DNA from: Spirochaetia bacterium
GTDB lineage: Bacteria; Spirochaetota; Spirochaetia; SP-2023
DNA length: 64,000 nt
Reading direction: 5' to 3'
Assembly (NCBI GenBank): GCA_965263295.1
Contig: OZ253665.1
Location: 1,120,001 to 1,184,000 of the forward strand
Within the stretch, counting starts at the first letter, position 1, and each line of letters begins with the position of its first letter. A program made the translations under genes and the position numbers. This document shows, piece after piece, positions 1-9,918 of this stretch. A model generated the notes under the pieces. It was not told the origin of the DNA. It searched no databases and saw only the letters and a program-made list of their open reading frames with translations.

Positions 1-2
1 AA

Positions 3-923
3 CAACAGCTAATTAAAGTGCTGGAGATTCATGTAGTCGAAGGTAACCTGCAAGCCAATATCGACTTCCCTGGGTCTATTATCATTAAGGGTGATGTCGA
101 AAACGGCTATAAAATCAAGGCTGAAGCCAACATCACAATTATGGGTCACTTGGGTAAATCCGATGTCGAGTGCGGTGGACGCCTAATTATCAAAGCCGGT
201 ATCAATGCGGTTGACGCTTCCCACAACATCCTCGTTCATGCCAAAGACAATATTTATACACGCTATATAAACAATGCTGTCGTTGCCTCGGGCAAAAGTA
301 TTATTGTGGAAGATGGTATCCTCGGCTCTACTGTATTTGCCGACGAGTACATAATTTGTCGAGGCAAGCGCGGAGTAATCACGGCCTCCATGACCAATGC
401 TCGTTTCGGCATTTATGCCAAGAATTTTGGTTCGGCCAGCGGCATGGCAACAGAGTTGGTTGTCGCCAGACCCAAAAAACTACAAGAAGAGTGTGACTCC
501 TTACAAGAAAAATATGAAACATACCGCAACGAGATAAAGCCGCTGAAGCAAGGCTTGAGTGTACAAAACCGACAAAAAGAAATCATGAGTCAGAGCGGCT
601 CTATTAAGCCAGAGCTACAAAAACAGATCAACGAAAAAACGGATGAACTGCATGCGGAAATTGCCCGGATAGAAGATATTTTGCATATGATCAACAGCCG
701 CCTGCAAGAACTGGAGACCGAGGCTTATGCCCTTTCTTGTAAGGCGTTCATCAGCCACGAAAAAATGCTCAATCCTGGTGTGGTAATAACTATCGGTACA
801 CACCATATGGACATCCAGACGGCGTACTCCAAAGGGCTGACTTTCCGCCTGGAAAACGATGAAATCCACCCTCATCCCTTGGAAGATTTTGATTTAAAGC
901 AGTTTGAGTTGGATGACCTATAA
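3..923 (+). CDS. fapA: FapA/DUF342 family flagellar assembly protein, C-terminal part (5' end outside window)
   Basis: Frame is open from base 3. Beta-helix repeats (NIDFPGSIIIKGDVENGYKIKAEANITI), then GxxSGxxTxL, a coiled coil and PGVVITIG, as in DUF342. Confidence 0.85.
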   Translation, partial: QQLIKVLEIHVVEGNLQANIDFPGSIIIKGDVENGYKIKAEANITIMGHLGKSDVECGGRLIIKAGINAVDASHNILVHAKDNIYTRYINNAVVASGKSIIVEDGILGSTVFADEYIICRGKRGVITASMTNARFGIYAKNFGSASGMATELVVARPKKLQEECDSLQEKYETYRNEIKPLKQGLSVQNRQKEIMSQSGSIKPELQKQINEKTDELHAEIARIEDILHMINSRLQELETEAYALSCKAFISHEKMLNPGVVITIGTHHMDIQTAYSKGLTFRLENDEIHPHPLEDFDLKQFELDDL

Positions 924-978
924 ATATAAAGTTTGGTGACTACGCTTTTATGAACTCGTACCCAAAAGGAGCAGGCTA

Positions 979-1404
979 ATGTCGATAAGACCAATGGATA
1001 TGAACAATATTTACCTGAGAATGGGAGAAGTCGCTCGCGAACAAGAGAAAGAAGTAAAAAAAGAAGAGCGCGAGCAAAGTATTCAGAAGCGCATCCAGAA
1101 ATTCCGAGAAGAAACCTTTGATCATATTGTCAGCCAAGCTAGAGAAAGTCATGCGGACCAAACGATTCGCGAACATGAGGAACGCAACTTGCCTCCCCTG
1201 CGCAAGCATGAACAAGGACAGCATAGAAAAGAACATTCAAACCAGAGAGAGCAAGCTTCCGTCAGTGCCGAAATCTCAGCTCAAGACCTAGCCTTACCCA
1301 TGGTTACCCTAGAAAATGCAATAAGCGTAAATAAGCACCCGACAGGGCGGATCAAGGCATCTCTCGACCCAGACCTAGGTCACCATATAAATATCGAAAG
1401 CTGA
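979..1404 (+). CDS. Conserved hypothetical protein of the type found after DUF342 genes
   Basis: AAGGAG RBS upstream; MSIRPMD start, charged core, DPDLGHHINIE end. Confidence 0.65.
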   Translation: MSIRPMDMNNIYLRMGEVAREQEKEVKKEEREQSIQKRIQKFREETFDHIVSQARESHADQTIREHEERNLPPLRKHEQGQHRKEHSNQREQASVSAEISAQDLALPMVTLENAISVNKHPTGRIKASLDPDLGHHINIES

Positions 1405-1614
1405 TATGTCAAGACAAATACAAGCAACTTGACTTGTGCAAACTAGCTTTCTCGGCTTGGCCTTAATTCATTCTATTGTCCAAACAGCCCTTTTAAAAGT
1501 TAGTATACCTTGAGACAATTTAACTACTGGCCGGCTACTTATCAATGAAGACAACTTGCGGAAACGCCAGGTACTAAAATGGCTTGCGGGCTAAAGACGA
1601 CAGAAAAATAAAAT

Positions 1615-2217
1615 CTAGGAAAGTATGCTGGCACCTTGGGCCCAGGCCCAAAAGTAAGCCAGCCCCCCACACACAAGTGCCAGGGCAATTTCCACCAGAT
1701 ACAAAAGACCGCGCAGTGGCAATTGCAGCCATAAACCCAATTGCAATTCTAAATTCCCGCGCAAGCGGCGCCTGCGTAAAGACCAAAGTTCTCTGAACTT
1801 TTCATGTAATATTTGCTGAAAAAAATGTTGCAATTTCACGGTCCAGTTATTCCGCAGTTGGGCCGATGCACCCGGTTTGCAGCTGAGCGCGGCATCCTCT
1901 ACTGCGCGCTCGGCCGCAGCCATACGCCTGAGCGATTGCCTATGCTGTTGCAACTTTTCCTGTAAGCCTTTCATCAGCAGGCTTGCTGGCAAGCACAAAA
2001 ACAACAGGCCCGAAAGCACAATATAAACTAAACAGCTAGAAAAACTTATCTTGAGAATCAGGCTTAAATTTTCCGGCGCCAATTCCTGCTCGTCAGCCCA
2101 GAAAACAACAAAAGTCAGGCAAAACGTGAGCGTCCGCGCAATACTTTGCGCAGCTTGCAAGAAATACCAGCTGACCAAAAAGGCGGCATATTGTCGCCCT
2201 TCAGACATGCTAAGCAT
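1615..2217 (-). CDS. Hypothetical membrane protein (start uncertain; ORF track starts at 2388)
   Basis: Several hydrophobic segments; directly downstream of the SMP-30 gene on the same strand. Confidence 0.45.
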   Translation of the reverse strand: MLSMSEGRQYAAFLVSWYFLQAAQSIARTLTFCLTFVVFWADEQELAPENLSLILKISFSSCLVYIVLSGLLFLCLPASLLMKGLQEKLQQHRQSLRRMAAAERAVEDAALSCKPGASAQLRNNWTVKLQHFFQQILHEKFRELWSLRRRRLRGNLELQLGLWLQLPLRGLLYLVEIALALVCGGLAYFWAWAQGASILS

Positions 2218-2333
2218 GACATTCAAGCGGCGGAGCAACGAAAACTTGTGCCGCTGTTTAAAGCATTGCACCTTTGTTATCCTTGTATTGAGGCCCGGAA
2301 CTGTTCTGAGAGTCGAGACATGTCGTCCGGCTT

Positions 2334-3347
2334 TTATAGCAAAACCTCTTCTTGACCGCAAACATATTTGCCGGCCCACCGGGGCCAACTACTAATCTGG
2401 GGACCCTCTTGTCCCTCGCTCAACCATGAGTTTGCAGCGAAAATACCTCCGGCCTTGCCAGAAATCCCCTCTCCCCCCTGAGTGGCAACAAACAAGATAT
2501 TTAACATATTGCCACCGAAGCAACAAGAAGTGACCTTAGGCGTCCCGACCTCCAAAACTCCCTGTTCCCGACCATCCGGGGCAAAACAGGAAATCTGGCC
2601 AGCACCAGTTTCCGCCAGCCAGATACGTCCATCGCCGTCGACACACAGGCCGTCAGGGCGGCCCGGACGACCGTGAAAGTTTATTAATTCTTCACGCGCG
2701 CCCCAGTCAATCCGTCCCTGTGACAAAGATAACACAGGAAAACGGTATACCGCAAAATCACGAGTATCGGCAAAATACAGAAAGTCACGTCGGGGGCTAA
2801 GCCCCATGCCATTAGCCAATTTCAAGTTCTCTTGCACCAGCTCCACTTCACGCTTGGCTACATTGAACAACAGCAATCGCGAATCCGCCCGAACATCACT
2901 AGGCATGGTTCCACAGAGCACAAAGCTGCCACCCGTAGGCGACGTCCCAGAAGGGAGAGCCAATACATCATTAAAACGGTCCGGAACCCAAGCTGGATCC
3001 ACCTGATGGTAAAGCCGAGGCTTAGCCTGTTGCTGGCAATCACTTTCATATTCCCATTCATATATCCGCCCCGCCGCGCCAAACAACAGGAAACGAGTTT
3101 TACAATTGAGAGCTCTCTGACAAAACACAAAACCACCGACAGGCTCAGTCATAGTCAGAATACAGGCAGACTCAAAGCGCCCTAGCTGTCCATCGCCGCA
3201 TTTCAAGTCGGGAAAGTAACCGCGAAACATTTTGCCTGCAGGGATATCAAGCCAATATAGGGCGGCCTCTTGAGGATGCCAGAGAATATTCTCTGCAGTG
3301 TTGTGACCGTAGTCGGCAATTTGTCGCATAGTCGCTTTCAGGCCCAT
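2334..3347 (-). CDS. SMP-30/gluconolactonase/LRE family protein
   Basis: LYWLDI, RFND, LANGMGLSP, LYFADT, PDGLCVDGDGRIW, VTSCCFGG motifs. Confidence 0.9.
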   Translation of the reverse strand: MGLKATMRQIADYGHNTAENILWHPQEAALYWLDIPAGKMFRGYFPDLKCGDGQLGRFESACILTMTEPVGGFVFCQRALNCKTRFLLFGAAGRIYEWEYESDCQQQAKPRLYHQVDPAWVPDRFNDVLALPSGTSPTGGSFVLCGTMPSDVRADSRLLLFNVAKREVELVQENLKLANGMGLSPRRDFLYFADTRDFAVYRFPVLSLSQGRIDWGAREELINFHGRPGRPDGLCVDGDGRIWLAETGAGQISCFAPDGREQGVLEVGTPKVTSCCFGGNMLNILFVATQGGEGISGKAGGIFAANSWLSEGQEGPQISSWPRWAGKYVCGQEEVLL

Positions 3348-3374
3348 TGTCAGAATAAAATTGTCAGAATAAAA
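3347..3374. repeat. Perfect 14-nt tandem duplication (TTGTCAGAATAAAA x2) abutting the SMP-30 start codon
   Basis: Copies at 3347-3360 and 3361-3374. Confidence 0.95.
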
Positions 3375-3401
3375 AGGCTATTCAAAAATACAGGAAAATA
3401 A

Positions 3402-3430
3402 ATCATAGCGATCTCGTGCCTTCATTGCAA
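3402..3430 (-). promoter_or_regulatory. Sigma70-like promoter for the SMP-30 gene
   Basis: TTGCAA-17 nt-TATGAT on the minus strand. Confidence 0.6.
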
Positions 3431-3687
3431 GCTGTAAAACATGAATATAGAAATGACAATATAAAATGACTGGGGGACTTATATCTCTGGTTTAATTTTA
3501 GTTCAATTTCTATTCCTATTCCTTAGTTATGGAAATCTTTGTCCCATTCTATCTCGGCCACTAGTGAAAAGCCCTACTTTCTGCTAGGATACCCCCAATT
3601 TCGGCCGCCAGTTATTCTCTACTTGCAGCCGTAGCCAAAGCTGCCCCAAAGCTCTCGAATGGCAGGCAAGCCTTTGCAACAATTACA

Positions 3688-5013
3688 ATGATCACGGTAT
3701 CTCCAATGAATAAGCCCAATCCAGACCAGCAAGAAACAAAGACAGGAGAAAGCAAGGTTAATACCGATCCCGTGAATACCGGCTTGACGAATACCGGTTC
3801 CATGGTCACTCGCAGCCCCCGGCTCAACCCCTTTCAAGACAGTGGGACAACAGATACCCGGCCTCCGCAAGATAGCCCGGGGGCCTCCCAGCAAAGCAGT
3901 AAGACTAAAAATATACCAGCCGGCAAGCCTCCTGAGGCTGCTCCTGGGGCTGCAGTTCATGATACTAATCCCCTCAAGCCGGAATCACAGTCTCAAGATA
4001 GTAATATACTCAGCGAGGAAGAAATGGAGTTTTTCCACAGCCGCCTGGCTTCCATCCGCGAGAAACTGCGCCGCAATATCATTGGGCAAGAAGACTTACT
4101 GCGCCATTTGTTGCTGGCCTTAGTCGGCGGTGGCCACATTCTGATTGAGGGCGTCCCAGGCCTGGCCAAAACTCTGGCCGTACGCAGCCTGGCCCAAAGC
4201 CTGCAACTGAACTGCAAGCGCATTCAGTTTACCCCCGACTTATTGCCCGCGGACCTGATTGGGACCATGATCTTCCATCAAAGCAAAGACGAATTTGTAC
4301 CGCGTCATGGGCCTATCTTTACGCAGGTGCTACTGGCCGACGAAATCAACCGGGCACCGGCCAAAGTGCAGTCAGCCCTACTGGAAGCAATGGGAGAACA
4401 GCAAGTGACGATTGGGGAGACCAGCTATGAGCTACCCAAACCTTTTTTTGTCATGGCTACCCAGAATCCAATAGAAGAAGAGGGCACCTATCCTCTACCC
4501 GCTGCCCAGCTGGACCGCTTTGATCTCAAGTATGTCGTGCGCTATCCCAGCCCTCAGGACGAGCTGACGCTGCTTATGCAATACCAGCATCGACAACTAG
4601 GCTTTCAAACAGCTGCAGGAAAAGAAAACAGGTCCACCAACAATCCAGACTTCCTGCTTTGCCCCGATGCCCTATTCCGAATGCGCGAAATTGCGGCCAA
4701 AATCCACCTCGGAGAACCGCTCGTGCGCTATGTCATCAATATTGTCAATGCCACGCGCGAGACAAATAGCCGCCTGGAGTTCAGCCGATATCTAGATTTT
4801 GGCGCCTCACCTCGCGCCAGCCTGGCTCTGTGTCGCTATGCGGCCCTCAGCGCTCTCTTCTCGGGACGCAACTATGTACTTCCAAACGATATTAAGCTAG
4901 TCTGTCCCTCTGTACTCCGCCATCGCCTGCTCCTTTCTTACGAAGCAGAAGCCGCTAACCAGACTGCCGACGATGTGATCCAGCAAATTTTACAGACGGT
5001 TGTCGTGCCGTGA
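3688..5013 (+). CDS. moxR: MoxR family AAA+ ATPase with a long disordered N-terminal extension
   Basis: EGVPGLAKT Walker A, RIQFTPDLLPAD, LLADEINRAPAKVQSALLEAM, ATQNPIEEEGTYPLP, GASPRAS. Confidence 0.95.
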   Translation: MITVSPMNKPNPDQQETKTGESKVNTDPVNTGLTNTGSMVTRSPRLNPFQDSGTTDTRPPQDSPGASQQSSKTKNIPAGKPPEAAPGAAVHDTNPLKPESQSQDSNILSEEEMEFFHSRLASIREKLRRNIIGQEDLLRHLLLALVGGGHILIEGVPGLAKTLAVRSLAQSLQLNCKRIQFTPDLLPADLIGTMIFHQSKDEFVPRHGPIFTQVLLADEINRAPAKVQSALLEAMGEQQVTIGETSYELPKPFFVMATQNPIEEEGTYPLPAAQLDRFDLKYVVRYPSPQDELTLLMQYQHRQLGFQTAAGKENRSTNNPDFLLCPDALFRMREIAAKIHLGEPLVRYVINIVNATRETNSRLEFSRYLDFGASPRASLALCRYAALSALFSGRNYVLPNDIKLVCPSVLRHRLLLSYEAEAANQTADDVIQQILQTVVVP

Positions 5014-5038
5014 GTTTAAACACGTCCCATTATATGCC

Positions 5039-6004
5039 ATGACTGAAGCCAACGAAATACATAAATACATCCGTCACCTAAACCTCACAGTAAGTCGCTT
5101 GGTGCAGGAAATGTTTGCCGGTAACTACCGCTCTATCTTCAAAGGCTTCGGTCTGGAGTTTGCCGAAATTCGCGAATACATGGACGGCGACGATGTGCGT
5201 ATGATTGACTGGAACGTCTTTGCCCGCACCGCGCAACTGCACTCCAAGACTTTCCAAGAAGAGCGCGAACTGGCAATGATGATCATTGCCGACTGTTCAG
5301 CTTCAATGCTCGAAGCAAACTTAGAAAACCGTAAATTTGACTTGCAGCTGTTCTTGTTCGCTTTGTTTGGCACCGCGGCTGCCATGCATGACGACCGCGT
5401 CGGCAGTATTTTCTACCACCACAATGTGGCCGAATTCTTCCCTCCGCGCAAGGGGCGCAAATATGTAATGCAACAACTCAGCAGTTTGACAGCACAGCTG
5501 AGGCAAGCCGATAAAAACCGCGGTAGCAACCTGGGGCAAGCTCTGAGTCTAGCTGCACAAAGGATGCGAAAACGTGGTATCTGTATTATTTTTTCTGACT
5601 TTTTAATTCAGGGCTACGAAAAACAATTGGCGATACTGGCCCACCGCCACGATGTCATTGCCATCCGCCTAAACATGGAATATCACAGCCGTTTCCCCTC
5701 AATTGGCCTGACTCGACTCAACGACTATGAGTCTCAAGAAGGCCAATTTTTTTGGGGGTACTCTTCCAAGTTGAAGAATCGTTACAAAGAGTATTGGCAG
5801 CGCCAAGAAGAACTATGGCAGCATATCTGCCACCGTTATGGCGTTGACAGCTATAATATCAATACCAACGAGAACCTGATACAAAAAATCTATGAGTATC
5901 TGTGGATGCGCCGCAAGGCCAACCGCAAGCCGACAGAAATATCACATAAGCACCCACAGAATCCCTATGATGACACAACTGAAAGCAGCGTAAATAGAAC
6001 ATGA
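5039..6004 (+). CDS. DUF58 domain protein (vWA-like, MoxR-associated)
   Basis: GLEFAEIREY..GDDVRMIDWNV.AR, DCSASM, SDF motifs; ATG 5039 preferred over the track start. Confidence 0.92.
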   Translation: MTEANEIHKYIRHLNLTVSRLVQEMFAGNYRSIFKGFGLEFAEIREYMDGDDVRMIDWNVFARTAQLHSKTFQEERELAMMIIADCSASMLEANLENRKFDLQLFLFALFGTAAAMHDDRVGSIFYHHNVAEFFPPRKGRKYVMQQLSSLTAQLRQADKNRGSNLGQALSLAAQRMRKRGICIIFSDFLIQGYEKQLAILAHRHDVIAIRLNMEYHSRFPSIGLTRLNDYESQEGQFFWGYSSKLKNRYKEYWQRQEELWQHICHRYGVDSYNINTNENLIQKIYEYLWMRRKANRKPTEISHKHPQNPYDDTTESSVNRT

Positions 6005-7056
6005 GCTTACTGCGAAATCTCCAGTTTTGGCAACTACTTTTATTCGCCGGATTGCTACTCAGCAGTACCCTGCAATTAAAGGCCTACCAGCTAAAATCCC
6101 AACGTTTCTTACCCAGCAGATATTATATTGGCGAACATGTGCGCATGGTTTTAGAAATTGAGGTGTCTCCTCAAGAATTTCAAGACGACAACAAAGAAGG
6201 GCGACAACTCTCTAAAGGTAAAGACCGTAATACCGCCAATGCCGTGCCCAAAAACATTTCTATACAACATAAACTGCCCCAAAACCTTAATTACTGTATT
6301 CACAAAGCGGATATATCCATTGCCAATACACCCAACACTTATATTATAGAGCTCGTCTACGCGGTATTCAATACAGATGTCAGCCACCTAGCTTCTTTCA
6401 ACATTCAAGGCTTGCACATACCAACTTTGACTATCCCCAGGGCACTTTCCAGTCTGACGGAAGACGGCAGCGAGGTCAATGGTTCGGGTAGTAATGCGAA
6501 TATTGACTGGCAACTACCTTCGCTAGAGTCTATTCCCCTACAACTGCCGTGGATAGATTTGAGTATTGCCCTGCTAATTCAGGTCATTGTGTTGCTCCCC
6601 ATCCTGGTGTTCCAAGGCTCCAAACGCTTGCGCAAAATGTTGTACAGCCTGCGACAAAACCACTTACAGCGCAAACCTTACCGCCAATTCCTGCGCCAGC
6701 TCCACTTACTGTTACAACGCGAAACAATCAGTGCTCAGGAGTACTACCGAATTCTCAGTTCTCAGGTACGATATTATCTGGACCTGCGTACCCCACATCC
6801 CTGTTCTGCCTGTACCACCGAAGAGCTGGCTCAGCTGCAGCCGGGGCAATTAATAGAATCACAGGAATTATGGCAGGGCGTTCTGGCCATTTTGCAGGCC
6901 AGCGATGACTTGCGCTTTCGCAATATTTCTAAAACATCTAGCGAACCGATTGCAGAACAACAAAAACTTCACGAAGTTTCAATTATCCAGAATTTTGCCA
7001 AGCTGCTTGAAAAACAATTCTATAAAAAAAAGCAGCGCGAGCTCCGCCATTTATAG
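6001..7056 (+). CDS. Bat-operon membrane protein (signal peptide, one TM, C-terminal TTEEL helical domain)
   Basis: Lies between DUF58 and batA; YYRILS..VRYYL...CTTEEL pattern; overlaps the upstream stop (ATGA). Confidence 0.7.
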   Translation: MSLLRNLQFWQLLLFAGLLLSSTLQLKAYQLKSQRFLPSRYYIGEHVRMVLEIEVSPQEFQDDNKEGRQLSKGKDRNTANAVPKNISIQHKLPQNLNYCIHKADISIANTPNTYIIELVYAVFNTDVSHLASFNIQGLHIPTLTIPRALSSLTEDGSEVNGSGSNANIDWQLPSLESIPLQLPWIDLSIALLIQVIVLLPILVFQGSKRLRKMLYSLRQNHLQRKPYRQFLRQLHLLLQRETISAQEYYRILSSQVRYYLDLRTPHPCSACTTEELAQLQPGQLIESQELWQGVLAILQASDDLRFRNISKTSSEPIAEQQKLHEVSIIQNFAKLLEKQFYKKKQRELRHL

Positions 7057-7061
7057 CCATT

Positions 7062-8066
7062 ATGTTCAGCTTTTCCGAGCCTGTGTGGTTGCTTTTACTC
7101 TTGCCCGTGCCGGCCTCCCTATTTTTCTATTTCGTTACCTTACGCCACAAAGGAGGCCTGCCGTTCGCCTATCGCACCTGGGGCTCCTGGGGATTTCATC
7201 CGCGCCAGCCCCTAATAAACTTACAGATTTTCATCAGCCGCTGTCTTTACATTCTGACGTTCATTACCTTGGTCGTCGCTCTATCGCGCCCCAATATCTC
7301 CCGTCAAGAAGAGATCTACGTCAATACCGGCGCGGCCATCCTCTTCCTGTTTGACCTGTCGCCAAGCATGGCTGCTGTCGACATAGTTCCCTACACCCGA
7401 ATTGACCGAGCCAAACAAGCGACTCGCGATTTCATTAACAGCCGGGTCAATGACAGCATTGGTTTTGTCGGCTTCGCCAGCGGAGCCGCCCTACTCTGGC
7501 CGGCCTCCTTAAACTATGAGGGCGCCATAAAACGTTTGGATGATATCGCTGCACCCAGCTTGGGCCAGGGTACAGCGATCGGACTCGGAATGGCAGTTGC
7601 CGCGAGTCATTTGAACGAACTGCCAAACAAGCGCAAGATCCTTATAATGCTCACAGACGGCAGTAATAACAGCGGAGAAATACTACCCGAAGGGGCGGCT
7701 GAAATCATACGCAATAAAAATATTGAATTTTACATTGTCGGCCTGGGCCAAATGGGCACACATAGCGCCCTGATCACGGACCTGGAAACCGGGCAGCAAT
7801 ATCGGGGTGAGTTAAGTGAAAGTTATAATCCTAAACGCTTACAACGCATCGCTGAAGTTGCCGGCGGCACCTTTTACAATGGCATGAATTATCGCCTATT
7901 ACAGCAAAACATGGCCGCCATCAACAAGGCTGAAGAGAGCCAAAACGATGTGGCCATCCGGGTGAAAAGCGTTTCACTAGAACGACATTTTATTCTGACG
8001 GCTCTGATTCTAGCTCTGCTGGGCTTTACATTGCGCAACGTCATTCTAGGGGAGCAGCATTTGTGA
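7062..8066 (+). CDS. batA: BatA-like vWA domain membrane protein
   Basis: N-terminal FSEPxWLLLL, ALSRP, MIDAS DLSPSM, GTAIG, LTDGSNNSG, C-terminal TM. Confidence 0.9.
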   Translation: MFSFSEPVWLLLLLPVPASLFFYFVTLRHKGGLPFAYRTWGSWGFHPRQPLINLQIFISRCLYILTFITLVVALSRPNISRQEEIYVNTGAAILFLFDLSPSMAAVDIVPYTRIDRAKQATRDFINSRVNDSIGFVGFASGAALLWPASLNYEGAIKRLDDIAAPSLGQGTAIGLGMAVAASHLNELPNKRKILIMLTDGSNNSGEILPEGAAEIIRNKNIEFYIVGLGQMGTHSALITDLETGQQYRGELSESYNPKRLQRIAEVAGGTFYNGMNYRLLQQNMAAINKAEESQNDVAIRVKSVSLERHFILTALILALLGFTLRNVILGEQHL

Positions 8067-9169
8067 ATTTTTTTTATCCCAACTACTTATGGTATATACT
8101 CTTAATTATTCCATACACAGCAATACTGCCATTCTACTACCGAAAACAACTTGAAGTCCTACACCTGCTATGCCGTCATAATCTGAATGATGAAATGCTT
8201 CAGGCATATCGTCATTACTTTAACCTTCTAGCATTCTTTGCTGGGCTATTTGTACTTTCCATCATTCTCGCTCTGGCCCAACCCGCATGGGGCTACAACA
8301 ACCGGGTTGAGCCGCAAGTCAAAAATCTGCAGATTGTTTTTGCGCTTGATATCTCACGCAGCATGTTGGCGCGCGACGTCACTCCCAACCGATTGCAACG
8401 CGCCATTGAGTTACTTGGCGAACTCCATGAGATTTTTCAAAACGATGAACTTGGTCTAGTCGTTTTTAAAGGCAGGGCCCAGACTCTAATACCCCTTTCA
8501 CGCGATCGTCTGGTTTTCCCCTCGGTATTTCCTCAACTAAATACCGATATATTGCAAAGCCCCGGTTCAAATTTGGCTGCTGCAGTCAGAGAAAGTATCA
8601 AACTATTTGATCACAAGAGCAATTCCAGCCAAGTCATTATCCTGCTGAGCGACGGCGAATCCATCAGTGGCGATTTGAATTACGCACAGCAGCGTCTGGA
8701 TGACTGGGACGGGACTCTGATAAGTATTGGTGTCGGCACCCGCGAAGGTTCAGAAATATTTGACCAGCAAGACAAACTAGTGACGGATTATCATGGCCTG
8801 CCCGTACACAGCCGCCTCTGCGACGATGTACTCAAAGATTTAAGCCACCATACTTTCGGCAAATATTACCACATTCAAGAACTCAATCTGACTCAGGATT
8901 TACAAAACCAGCTCGCACCGCTCACACGTGGCAACCACATCCTACAATATAGCCTACTCGGCCGTTACCAGCTCTGTATTTGCCTGTCTCTACTGAGCTT
9001 CCTAGCCATCGCTATACTCAAGCGCTTCGGTTTTACAGGTTTTTATCATTTCCTCAAGACCCAGAGGCTGCTATTACGGCAACAGAATCATCAAAGCACC
9101 ATGGTAACAGACCGCGATGTCTCCCTTCACAAGATCGGCCTCGACAATCAGAGCTGGAGATCATTGTGA
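8063..9169 (+). CDS. batB: BatB-like vWA domain membrane protein
   Basis: ALAQPAWG, MIDAS DISRSMLARDVTPNRL, LLSDGE, IGVGT.EG; GTG overlaps the batA stop. Confidence 0.88.
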   Translation: MNFFYPNYLWYILLIIPYTAILPFYYRKQLEVLHLLCRHNLNDEMLQAYRHYFNLLAFFAGLFVLSIILALAQPAWGYNNRVEPQVKNLQIVFALDISRSMLARDVTPNRLQRAIELLGELHEIFQNDELGLVVFKGRAQTLIPLSRDRLVFPSVFPQLNTDILQSPGSNLAAAVRESIKLFDHKSNSSQVIILLSDGESISGDLNYAQQRLDDWDGTLISIGVGTREGSEIFDQQDKLVTDYHGLPVHSRLCDDVLKDLSHHTFGKYYHIQELNLTQDLQNQLAPLTRGNHILQYSLLGRYQLCICLSLLSFLAIAILKRFGFTGFYHFLKTQRLLLRQQNHQSTMVTDRDVSLHKIGLDNQSWRSL

Positions 9170-9870
9170 CAGGCTCACGCCTTCCACACCACTTTTCAAA
9201 GCGTCCGGCCTCCCGCGCTCTGATCCTCTCTTTGTCCGTGCTATCAACTCTATTAAGCTCTTGTGACAGCTATCTAAGCGACGGCATCCGCGTGGCCTGG
9301 GCCAAGCAACTCTTCCAACAAGGACAATACCAAGAAGCCCTACTCTACTCTCTTGACGCCGAACAAAACCGCGCCCAAAGCCTAAAAAAATACCCAAACT
9401 TGAATCCAGATGACTTGCAATTGCTCTCTTTAAAACGCATACAATATAATATCGGTTTGATTTACAGTGCCCTGGGGCAAAGCCGTGCGGCAATAGAGCG
9501 CTGGCAGGAACTACTCAATCACAGAGGGTTAAATGGCGATGAGAATCTACAATTTTCTATACTATATAATATCGGGCTTCTTTACAGCCAGGTAGGCCAG
9601 AACGATGTCGCCCGGCGCAACTTAGTCCAGGCACTCAGGCTGCGCCCCGAGCATAAAAGTTGCCGCAAAGCTTTAGAGATCGTATTAGCCCATCTAAAGC
9701 AAAACGAACTTGGCCAGAAGTCTGAGCCCCAAAACAGTCAACCCGAAGAGCTACCGTCATCACAGTCAAGTATCAGCGACGAACAAATACTCAATTACAT
9801 CTCACGCCAAGCCAACTATCACTTTAAAAGTGACGTCAAAGCACAACAAGTATTACGCAATGACTGGTAG
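9166..9870 (+). CDS. batC: BatC-like TPR protein, probable lipoprotein
   Basis: GTG at 9166 overlaps the batB stop; LLSSC lipobox; TPR motifs (YNIGLIY, YNIGLLY..ALRLRP); ends in ..NDW. Confidence 0.7.
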   Translation: MTGSRLPHHFSKRPASRALILSLSVLSTLLSSCDSYLSDGIRVAWAKQLFQQGQYQEALLYSLDAEQNRAQSLKKYPNLNPDDLQLLSLKRIQYNIGLIYSALGQSRAAIERWQELLNHRGLNGDENLQFSILYNIGLLYSQVGQNDVARRNLVQALRLRPEHKSCRKALEIVLAHLKQNELGQKSEPQNSQPEELPSSQSSISDEQILNYISRQANYHFKSDVKAQQVLRNDW

Positions 9871-9918
9871 CCTAAATCACAAATCAATCAAATAGAGAAA
9901 TTTGACAGGTAGGGAAAG

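Noticed and set aside
8980..9165. Long N-terminal extension of the TPR gene
   Set aside because: It overlaps batB; GTG 9166 gives a coupled start and a lipoprotein signal.
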